The notes under the pieces are model-generated. The model saw nothing but the letters and a program-made list of their open reading frames with translations. It was not told the origin of the DNA and ran no database searches. 64,000 bases of DNA from Oopsacas minuta (lineage: Eukaryota; Animalia; Porifera): positions 605,690 to 669,689 of the forward strand of contig JAKMXF010000354.1 in NCBI GenBank assembly GCA_024704765.1, given 5' to 3'. The stretch's first letter is position 1. Every line of letters starts with the position of its first letter. The translations under genes and the position numbers were made by a program. Below are positions 33,877 through 43,601 of this stretch, one piece after another.

Positions 33877-36777
33877 ATGAGTGACGAAGTCAAACAATGG
33901 CTAGAATCTATTGGTCTGCCCCAGTACGTGAACCACTTTCTAGAGAACGGATATGATGATATGGACAGCCTATGGGACCTGAACAGTGATGATTTGGATG
34001 CGATTGGTATCAAACTTCCTGGACACCGCAAGAAGATCCTAGCTCATGCTGCCAAGTTCTCCGCTGATGCACATGGGGAGTGGGGAACACAGAACAGTCA
34101 TGAGAACAGTCAAGATGGAGATAATGTTATAACATCTGTTCCTGACCCTCCCCAATCTGAAACTGAAACTGGACCCGGACCTGAAACAGGGACAGGGACA
34201 GGAACTGAAGAAGGTGATGACCTCAATGATGCTATCTGGAAGTTGGGTACACTCATGGGGGAACTATCAGAATTCACGGGAGAGACACCAGTAGTCACAG
34301 GGTTTTCTAACTCACAGATGCATAATAAAATGTCCAGTTCATCTGCAGGTCGTGCCTCTGTCTACACCACAGATACACTGGAGCAGAGCACTAGAGAAGA
34401 TGGGAACATCGATCTGGATGACTTGTTAGATGATCTCTACTCATTTAACCCAGCTGAAGAGCTGGAGAAGATAGAAAAGAATAGAGGGAATGTTGAAAAG
34501 GAGGCTTGCAATCTCAGGTACATTCCTCCGATTTCTCTCACCAGGAGTATGGACCCTGAACCTGTAACCTCTTCAGGATATATACGTACTCAAACAAACA
34601 TAAATCCTAGAAAATCTACATCTATGGATTTCCCGAAGGCTTTAGAATCAGGATCAGATGATTTAGACATAGTCCCCTCTTCCATAAGTCGATCAAGAAC
34701 CATCATCTGTTCGAACAAAGAAGTCAGTACAGACCCCACTCAAGTACTAGCCACACCTCCACATCTGAAACCTGAACAGGTTAAGATACGTCTGGAACAG
34801 TACAATTGTGAGTTACAACAGGACACAAATCTCAGTACTACTGAGAGAGAGCAACTTCTGAAAGAGGAGAAGATAAAAATAGCTCTTGAGAAAATGAAAG
34901 TAGCCAGCAAACAGAAGATAGTTATCAAAGCTTTTAACGAGGACATGAGTAGTAAGACAGTTGTAGTAGATGATGACATGCAGTCATGGTACGTGTCACA
35001 GATGTTAATCATGAAAAACCATACGACTGATTCTCCTAACTGGGGTCTAATTGAGTTTCTACCTGAGTTTTCTCTACAGCGTATGCTTGAAGATCATGAA
35101 ACTGTAGTGGATGCGTATCAAGCCTGGCCCAGAGAGACCCAAAATATGTTCATATTCAAGAATGATGAGTATAAATACGATTTATTTCACAGACCGTATG
35201 AATACTTTCCAGCTGAGTTGTGTCTCTCTAACGAACAGGCTAAGAACACGAAAGACCCTAGAACTGAGCGAGCTAGGAAGATGCTGATTAACGAGTACTT
35301 CTCTGAACAGGGACGTATCCCTGAATTGGAGGGTCACCTGTTTATTAAGGAAGGGAAGAAGCCATGGAAACGTTTATTCGTACTCTTGAGAGGTTCTGGT
35401 ATCTACTATTCAAACCGCGGGAAATCCAAACAATCGAAGCATTTGGTATCATTCTGCTCTCTCAATGACCATGACGTGTACATTGCTAATAATTATAAGA
35501 AGATAGCTTCAGCACCCAAGAATTATTGCTTCGTACTAAAGCCGCAAGCTAGACATCTGACAGTTGGATGGGGTGACATGAGATATTTCTGCGCGCCAAA
35601 TAAGAGATTGATGTTCTCCTGGATGGCTGGGATTAGGCTGGTGAAGCATGGAGGACCACAACTGAAGGAGAACTTTGTATCTATGCAGAACAAAGAATAC
35701 AAATTAGCTCAGATTGAGAAAGAGAGTGAAGATCAATTCCATGAGGGTACTAGTCCTCCTCAAACAGGGAAGTTAAACAGGGTGAGTTCCATGCCAGCTT
35801 CAGCTACAGCTCAGATCTCTATAACAGAGCCAAAGAGACAACTCACGTACACTTCATCTCAGCCTCATGAGCCCAAAGCGCCAGTACCGTATAATCAGAC
35901 TAGTCGGAGGATATCTATAATGAGTCCAACTGAGACTCCTACTCCTACTCCTGCCGGAGAGATGCCATCTATTACATTACAGCACCCAGGAGCATTCCCA
36001 CTCCCCATACCAGCTACACAGTTACCTTTACAACCACCAGGTAACGACAGTATACAGATTACTCCTCATAAGTCTACCCTTCCTCTTCCTCCTCCTGTCG
36101 CTGGTATCCAACCCCCTCCTCCACTCATAAACCAGAGACCTATTGCCCCTAAACCTTCCAAAAAGCCACTCTTCATTCCCAGGTCAGAACAGGAATCTAA
36201 ATATAACCCAAACTCTCCCATGATGCCACGGAAGAATACTAATATAGTCCCTCCGCAAACCGGAAATATGCTATATCCTATTCCAAACATTCCTGAAAAG
36301 AAAAGAATATCTTCTCCAATTCAGCCTCAATTAATCTCTCATCAAACGCCTAATTCACGTTCCGTACAGCACCACATTCCTCAGTTCATTCCTGTCTCTA
36401 ACGTAGCTCCTCCCACGAAATCAAGGCCAGGAGCGTCCCCCAACTTTCAAGACAAGACCTGGTTCCATGGTCCTATCCCAAGAGATGAGGCAGCTCGTCG
36501 TATTGCCTCAATGGGTAAAGAAGATGGTATATTCCTGGTGCGAGAGAGCACTACGTACAGAGGTAGCTATGTACTGACTATGCTATCCAATAACCAACTA
36601 AGGAATTTCCAAATTCAGAACCATGGAGATCTGAATAATCCTATGTATGGCATTGATGATGGTCCTCGCTTCATTTCAGTGGATGAAATGATACAACACT
36701 ATTCTTCCTTTGATGACAGATTGCCTTGTAAACTTACACATTGTTGTATCAAGCCTGATTTCTCCACCAAAGTCTAA
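33877..36777 (+). CDS. SAM-RA-PH-proline-rich-SH2 adaptor (MRL / Grb7-10-14 superfamily)
   Basis: N-terminal SAM (VKQWLESIGLPQYVNHFLENGYD...GHRKKIL); coiled coil EEKIKIALEKMKVASKQKIVIKAF; RA; PH (LEGHLFIKEGKKPWKR...GIYYS); Pro-rich region; SH2 WFHGPIPRDEA...FLVRES...LPCKLTHCC. Confidence 0.9.
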   Translation: MSDEVKQWLESIGLPQYVNHFLENGYDDMDSLWDLNSDDLDAIGIKLPGHRKKILAHAAKFSADAHGEWGTQNSHENSQDGDNVITSVPDPPQSETETGPGPETGTGTGTEEGDDLNDAIWKLGTLMGELSEFTGETPVVTGFSNSQMHNKMSSSSAGRASVYTTDTLEQSTREDGNIDLDDLLDDLYSFNPAEELEKIEKNRGNVEKEACNLRYIPPISLTRSMDPEPVTSSGYIRTQTNINPRKSTSMDFPKALESGSDDLDIVPSSISRSRTIICSNKEVSTDPTQVLATPPHLKPEQVKIRLEQYNCELQQDTNLSTTEREQLLKEEKIKIALEKMKVASKQKIVIKAFNEDMSSKTVVVDDDMQSWYVSQMLIMKNHTTDSPNWGLIEFLPEFSLQRMLEDHETVVDAYQAWPRETQNMFIFKNDEYKYDLFHRPYEYFPAELCLSNEQAKNTKDPRTERARKMLINEYFSEQGRIPELEGHLFIKEGKKPWKRLFVLLRGSGIYYSNRGKSKQSKHLVSFCSLNDHDVYIANNYKKIASAPKNYCFVLKPQARHLTVGWGDMRYFCAPNKRLMFSWMAGIRLVKHGGPQLKENFVSMQNKEYKLAQIEKESEDQFHEGTSPPQTGKLNRVSSMPASATAQISITEPKRQLTYTSSQPHEPKAPVPYNQTSRRISIMSPTETPTPTPAGEMPSITLQHPGAFPLPIPATQLPLQPPGNDSIQITPHKSTLPLPPPVAGIQPPPPLINQRPIAPKPSKKPLFIPRSEQESKYNPNSPMMPRKNTNIVPPQTGNMLYPIPNIPEKKRISSPIQPQLISHQTPNSRSVQHHIPQFIPVSNVAPPTKSRPGASPNFQDKTWFHGPIPRDEAARRIASMGKEDGIFLVRESTTYRGSYVLTMLSNNQLRNFQIQNHGDLNNPMYGIDDGPRFISVDEMIQHYSSFDDRLPCKLTHCCIKPDFSTKV

Positions 36778-37164
36778 CCGCTATTTCTAATAGGCCTGCT
36801 ATCTCTAGAAACTATTATATTTTGGTATCAGCATTTAACTTAATCCATAAACTATTAAACCCAGAATTTTAAACTTGATAATATCCCAATTCCCGTTTAA
36901 TGTGTAACATATAGTGTCAATGTATTCCTCTGTATAATAGTATTCCTGATGTGTATAGTATGTCTGTCAAGAATTATTTTATCCTATTTGATTGAAATTG
37001 TATTATTTTAATGTACGTGGGTATAGCATGTATTTGGTAGAATTTGCAGGTTGTATAATTATTCATTGTTCGACATACCAAATATAATTGAAACACTTCT
37101 AATAGAATTTACATGTGTGATAGTTTGGTTCTACAAAATCCGTGTAATTTATTGCAATTCGTTA

Positions 37165-37219
37165 CAGTCGAAATCGGGGTTTTTGCCCCTAAACAGGCAC
37201 GAGAAAACGATTTCGACTG
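37165..37219. mobile_element. 55-bp pogo/mariner-type MITE with perfect 12-bp TIRs and TA target duplication
   Basis: TA|CAGTCGAAATCG ... CGATTTCGACTG|TA; lies about 30 nt upstream of the ANAPC10 ATG. Confidence 0.75.
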
Positions 37220-37249
37220 TATTCAATATAATCTAATCCTTAGTAAATT

Positions 37250-37819
37250 ATGGACCAGAGCTATGTTGGTTTGAACTCTACTTTTGATTATCTTACCAAG
37301 GAGCCTGAGTCAATAATTGCAAATCGAGAGGTTAGTATGTTAGGCGTGTGGAGTGTGTCATCATGTAAATCTGGCTACGGTGTAAGAAATCTAAGAGATA
37401 ATTCATTGGAAACGTATTGGCAATCTGATGGAGTACAGCCTCATTGGGTAGCTGTAGAATACCCAAAGAAAACAAATATTCGAAAGATCGGTATTTACAT
37501 GGATTATCTTCAAGATGAGAGTTATACTCCAAGCAAAATAACTATACTTTCTGGGTACACATTTCTTGATTTAAAAGTTGAAACCGAGCTCGACCTGTAC
37601 GAGCCTAAAGGTTGGAGATTTGTAGAACTGTTTGATGAAGATCACAATTACATTCGTGCATTCATTTTACAGATTAAAATAACTAATAATCATCAGAGTG
37701 GTAGAGATACTCACCTCAGGCAGGTCAAGATATACGCACCTATTGCTGAGTCCAACGTACCTAAAGCTATAGGCGAGTTTACTGATCCTAACTACCTCAA
37801 GTACAACTATATTAAGTGA
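37250..37819 (+). CDS. ANAPC10: Anaphase-promoting complex subunit 10
   Basis: VWSVSSCKSGYGVRNLRDNSLETYWQSDGVQPH, DESYTPSKI, NHQSGRDTHLRQVKIY. Confidence 0.96.
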   Translation: MDQSYVGLNSTFDYLTKEPESIIANREVSMLGVWSVSSCKSGYGVRNLRDNSLETYWQSDGVQPHWVAVEYPKKTNIRKIGIYMDYLQDESYTPSKITILSGYTFLDLKVETELDLYEPKGWRFVELFDEDHNYIRAFILQIKITNNHQSGRDTHLRQVKIYAPIAESNVPKAIGEFTDPNYLKYNYIK

Positions 37820-38431
37820 ACTTTTGTAAATTTCTTCTGTGAATAAGTCACTTATAATATTCAGATTAGCATTTCTAATTTTAATTCATTATTATCTAAG
37901 GGTATATTAACAATTTCCGGGTGTATACAATGTAAAATTGCAAATTCCTGTGAATAATCGATATTATTAAATCTCCATTGTTGTCTGTTTGTTTATCCGT
38001 TGTCAAGGAAAGGATTTACGGTATGCAATTTTGAAATTGTCGGATGTATTTATCGTATTTATCAAGGAAGTAAATAGAATTCAATAAACTTCACAAAATA
38101 TATCGAACATGCTGAATGAATATGGTATTGTGAACAACATATTGTGAATATTTGTTACCTTTAGGTGCATAAAGTAAACAAATTTCTAAATTGAGGTAGA
38201 GTCATACTTTCAAGGAGTATACTGGTATACTCAAGTATGCTGAGTCTGAATATTGTAAACAATATCAATATTAGTTAATCTGCTCTGATACTAATTATAT
38301 AATCATTTATTGTAAATGATTTAATTATCGAAAAACAAATGAATTTAATTGAATTTATTGATTATATAAATTTATCAGAGCAATATGCTATAAAGTCTAC
38401 CTTAAGATATTGACGTAAACAATTAGATAAT

Positions 38432-40307
38432 ATGTCAAGTAATAAACGCATTTTATATGTGGGCGGACTATCTGAGGAGGTAGATGAGAAGGTGTTACAT
38501 GCCGCGTTTATACCCTTTGGAGATATAACAGATATCAATATACCAATGGACTATGCTACTCAGAAGCATAGGGGTTTCGCATTTGTAGAGCTTGAGTCAG
38601 CTGAAGACGCTCTCGCGGCAATTGACAACATGGATGAAGCTGAGCTGTTTGGACGAACTCTCCATGTTAATTCTGCCAAACCGATGAAACTCAGAGAGAG
38701 TTCTATGAAAGCTCTTTGGACTGAAGACAGCTGGTTAAAGAAACATGCTGGCAAAGGACTAGATCCTGTAAGCTAGAGAATAGTGAAATAATATTTCTAT
38801 AATTTATTATATAATGTTATAACAGGTAGATGATACCGATAATATGGATATAAATGATTCTACTGCAGTAGACAGAAACCCTAAGAGCCAAGAATTACCA
38901 GTACTATATCTAGATATCAAGATAGGTCAGAAATCAATTGGTAGGATATTAGTACGTCTCAGGGCTGATATCACCCCCAGGACTGCAGAAAACTTCAGAG
39001 CTCTCTGCACTGGAGAGAAAGGGTTTGGATATAAGGGCTCCCATTTCCACAGAATCATACCACAGTTTATGTGTCAAGGAGGTGACTATGAGAAAGGAAA
39101 TGGGACAGGAGGGAAATCTATTTATGGGTCAAAATTCGCTGATGAGAATTTTGAGCTGAAACATTCTCAACCTGGAACTCTATCAATGGCTAATTCAGGA
39201 CAAAATTCTAACGGTTCTCAGTTCTTTATCACTCTAGACAGAACTGATTGGCTTGATGGGAAGCATGTGGTATTTGGGTTTGTAGAAGATGGTAAGTATG
39301 TGTAGTACATTTATTTGATTTGATTGTATATCCGTAATACGGTATATTAATATACTTCAATTCTTACCAGCTCTTATTATCGTTTATTTGAACAATTAAG
39401 TTAGCATACAAGCTTTTGAATTTATCATACAATCTATTTATTTGTAATTATCAAATTAGTTCATAATTTGTCTCTGCACATGTTTCCTAATATATTATTA
39501 GGGATATGACTGTACTGTTTGTGCTTGTGAGTGGGAGAGAGGGAAAAATTAATATTCATCTTCACTTGGATATGGAGCCTTGTTTTTGGGCGTTGATTTT
39601 AGCATACTCTGGGTGTTATGATCTAGTTTACACCCTGACAGGTTAATCGAGATTTTGTGAATATTTAATGAGATTAGTTTGCTTTGTCTGGCCATTTGTC
39701 CGTCGCATCATCAAACACCGTGTATTAATTAAGTTCAGATTCCATCTATTTAATCACAGATATTACCCATCAATGTGGCAATTATTTTTCTGTCTGGTAA
39801 TCATATTTATGGGATATTAGTAGGATAATATAGACTTGATGGATAAAATTAATAAACATGATAAATGAAGTGTTAAGACACCAAAATTTAGTAATCAAGA
39901 TGCTAACATATAACTATAACTATAACTATGGTGTTGCTACTTGTTAATAATTATTTAAATTCTGTGAAAATATATTACATACATACCAAGTTATTACCAA
40001 CCCTTTCTAGCTTTTTCCCTGTCAGAAAATCATGTCAAAACCTGTGATAATCAGGGATACAATATTTAATACAAATACTAATTTTGACTATTTTTGTGAG
40101 TGTTAAGGACACACGAATTATTTATCTTTCTGTCTACATATTTACCTGATAATGGATTTGCAAATTATCTCATAGTATAATGGAATCTGCCTCATTAATC
40201 CATACTTTTCTTTAGGACTGGAAGTTCTACAGGCAATGGAACAGTTAGGAAGTCAAAGTGGAAAGGTTGGGAGACCTGTAATTATCGAAGACTGCGGACA
40301 ATTATAG
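38432..40307 (+). CDS. PPIE: Cyclophilin E (RRM + cyclophilin); exons 38432-38767, 38826-39291, 40216-40307
   Basis: [31 protein letters not shown]; cyclophilin [14 protein letters not shown] and [10 protein letters not shown]; hand-found last exon [30 protein letters not shown], with GT-AG junctions in frame. Confidence 0.95.
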
Positions 40308-40387
40308 TATTATTAAGGTAACTCAGTTTAATACGTGGCTATCTACACATGATTTATTAATAAAATACCCTTTTATGATAGAAATTT

Positions 40388-40426
40388 AATAATAATCATA
40401 ATAATCATAATAATAATAATAATAAT
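40388..40426. repeat. Imperfect (AAT)n microsatellite
   Basis: aataataatcataataatcataataataataataataat directly visible. Confidence 0.85.
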
Positions 40427-40612
40427 ATTTAGCATACGTATATTAGTGCAGATGTATTTTGCTAAAGCTGCAAGACATCTCACATTAATTATTTAATAGT
40501 GTAAAACTCAGCAACTGGCTAGTTAGAAATAATATAACTCTTACATAATTCCTAATCTGACGAATTTAATTAAGTAAGATTGCCTCCTTTTTGATACGCA
40601 ATTATTCAATTC

Positions 40613-40614
40613 AT

Positions 40615-40645
<31 letters not shown>
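40613..40645. repeat. (ATTT)n microsatellite
   Basis: About 8 perfect ATTT units directly visible. Confidence 0.9.
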
Positions 40646-42686
40646 TATTTGTCTGAAATTCCCGCATTTTTTTTTCCAGAAATTTATTGTATAAATACTG
40701 TATTATTTTCAACAATAATCACGATAACTTCCCTTCTATTTCAATACAGTCAGGGTCACATATTATGAACCAAGTCGGCGCGTGGTCCCTATAAAATATT
40801 TCATAGCTTTTGCATCAAACTCAATTTGTTTAATAATTAACATGAAGCCTCTGTATTTTTAAAAATCCTTTGGTCCCATGGGGTTCACAGTAAGTCTGCT
40901 ATTTATCAAGCATCTCCAAAGCGTTTATAAAATAATATATCATCCAATCAGGCACCGAGAGTTCTAGCCAGGCATAAATATCCTTATTGATTGTGCTGAA
41001 TATACACAATACACAACTATGCAGTTTGTTTTTTAACAATTATTATTATTATTATTTCCAGTGAAATTCTAAATGTTAAAATTACACATAACCTGTTAAT
41101 GTGTATGGAGGATATTTAGATGTTTATTACATCCACCTTATGGCTACTAATATCTTATATAAATTGATTAAGAGTTGATTACTGGATTGTTTATCAAATC
41201 ATTTACCATTTGGTGACTCTACATTAATAATACGCAACAATTCTATCTTGATGGCTTAGTGATATGTCTGTATCTTGTGTAAATATTAAACTAACACCTC
41301 TACGGAATTTCAATTAATATCAACTTGATTATTCGGATAATATTACATAGCAGTAATACTAAGAAAATCCAGATAATGTATAGTGTATGTTTGCCAAATT
41401 CCCACTTTGCAATTATTTGATATTTTACATTAAACAGCTTAAACACCAAGCTAGCTGTAGAAAGGCCGATTTTAACTGTTGTCTCCCTTAGAGGCTATTA
41501 TAAATTAGGCACAATTTGAGCTCTGTATCTTGATAAGTAAATTCATTACTAACTGTATTTTCAAAATGTATAACTTGTCTTGTGATTCCATATACTTGAA
41601 AATACTCGGTTAATTAGAATAAACGTGTTGACCCGATTATCCGATGGTCTATTAAGCGGAGACTATTGTATTATTAATCATTATTTACGCTTCTTAATAA
41701 TTCACATTCTACGAGTATTTCTATGTATCTGCCATTAATAGGATCTAATTAACTATTTGTATTTTCATGATATTTGAATTACGGAATTATCTAATTTTCC
41801 TGCACCTAACTAGTACGTAATGTTTGTGCATATTTTAATTTCACATACCTCAAGTACATGCTTTTTTCGGGCAAGGACAATGACGAAGCACTGCTCATAA
41901 AGTGGCCAGCAGAGCAGGACAAATCAAACTGCACCTATGCTATACATCAGTGTGATAACACAAGGGATAAATATGTTTATTTATTTAGTGTTGAGTAAGA
42001 AGAAACAATGTGAGTAATATTCTAAACAATTGTAAATTAGCTCTGATTTTGTAAATGGCAATTATTAGAAAAATTTCCTCGAAAAATTAAATCCTCAAAC
42101 GTTAATGAAGTTATTTTATATTGAATTATACGAAAATTACAGAATTTTTGAAATAATGAATTTTTATATTATAGAAGAGTAGTCGTCTCATTCTTCAATT
42201 TTTGATTCTGGTCTGTGATTTTCTATTTCTCTTAGCATTTTGGAAAGGTACCGCGCTAGTGTTAAATGCCTACCCTGTGATTTATAGATTTAATTCTCGA
42301 TTTCGATACTATCCACCTTACAAATATTTGAATTAAATTTTTCCAAGAACAATACTCACCTCGAGTTAATCAGGACAATTTCCGAAATTCCAATTCATTA
42401 TTAATATTAAATATATTTATTCATTGATCGAACTATGTTATCATTTCTATCCAGTAATTGTTAAATTTCGCTAGATGATCATTTGTTTAATTTACCTATT
42501 TTTTCCAATAGTTTTTAATTTAGAGACCTTGAAATGCAATTGTATAGTAATTGTTTCGATGCAATGCTTTTGCTGAGGCTAGTTTCATCGTACATTCAAT
42601 CATATCTACGTACTATTGGGCAGAATATATAAATATAAGAAAAATATTTACAAATTCATTACAAGAAACGAGAAAAAGAAGGAAAA

Positions 42687-43025
42687 ATGGCAAGCAACAT
42701 TACAGAAGAGGAAATAACACATATGGATATTAAGGATTTAAATAGAATATTGAAAATCCAAAATATCTCAAAAAATGAGAGGACAAAAATAAAAGGAATT
42801 CGGAGGAAGAATAAGATGAAGAAATATCGCCGGGACAGTCGTATCCGCACAGATCCAAAGAAGCTTCAGAAAGTAAAATTGCATCTGGAACAGGAACTAC
42901 TTGCCCTGGCGTATGAGGTAGTTGAATTGAGGGAATTAAAGGACTACTTCATCAGCAAACATGCGCGCCTCCCCGATCCTGATAACGATGAAGATGAATA
43001 CGGTGAGTTTGTGACTGTTGACTAA
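42687..43025 (+). CDS. Divergent small-Maf/CNC-like bZIP protein (copy 2)
   Basis: ITEEEITHMDIKDLNRILKIQNISKNERTKIKGIRRKNKMKKYRRDSR aligns with copy 1 (7449-7787) and with the Maf EHR and basic region; zipper LQKVKLHLEQELLALAYEVVELREL. Confidence 0.75.
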   Translation: MASNITEEEITHMDIKDLNRILKIQNISKNERTKIKGIRRKNKMKKYRRDSRIRTDPKKLQKVKLHLEQELLALAYEVVELRELKDYFISKHARLPDPDNDEDEYGEFVTVD

Positions 43026-43576
43026 TCTCCGAAGTAAACAATCACAGCTCTCCAGCTCTGTTTATAGATAATAATTTTATTGTAAATGTAATGAATGATT
43101 GATTAAAAATATCCCTAATTTATAGTGTATTTATTTCGGGGGCCTAACATTTAACATAGCTATCTTGACAATTCAAATGCATATTGCTACCTGGCAATAT
43201 AACTTAAATCTATGACACATTACCAGATTTCCATGATAATTATTAAAATATCTTTGCAAATATATGACTCGGTCGTCAAAGTTATTCCTCTCATAATTTA
43301 CTTTTTGCATTATGCAAATCGATTGTCGTTACATTACATTACTAGCTGTTTTGTAAGTCGTATTTTCTGATAATTTTTAGAGCAATTTCTAATAGGCGAA
43401 CACAACTGTAAAATTGCATTCACCATTTACTCTCCATAGATTATTGGTAGTATTGTATGTATGAGATAAATAGAAAAACCATAAACTAGGTATTATGATC
43501 CTTCGTTATAAGCGGAGTTCCTTATGGGATAAACTATAATTAACAACTTGTAAGCTAGTATTGAGGGTAATATATT

Positions 43577-43601
43577 ACTTCGTTAAAACGGAATTTCACT
43601 G
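43577..43601. mobile_element. Right terminus of a pogo-like MITE
   Basis: TACTTCGTTAAAACGGAATTTCACTG-TA; its reverse complement matches the left end of the 60616 element at 20 of 24 positions. Confidence 0.5.

Noticed and set aside
41858-41998. 46-codon small ORF MLFSGKDNDEALL...
   Set aside because: No recognisable homology or motif; within chance expectation.
42170-42365. Minus-strand spliced unit (GTGAGT...CACAG then GRHLTLARYLSKMLREIENHRPESKIEE*) upstream of bZIP copy 2
   Set aside because: All three frames of the upstream segment hit stops without an ATG, so no coding model can be built; a non-coding transcript cannot be supported without RNA data.
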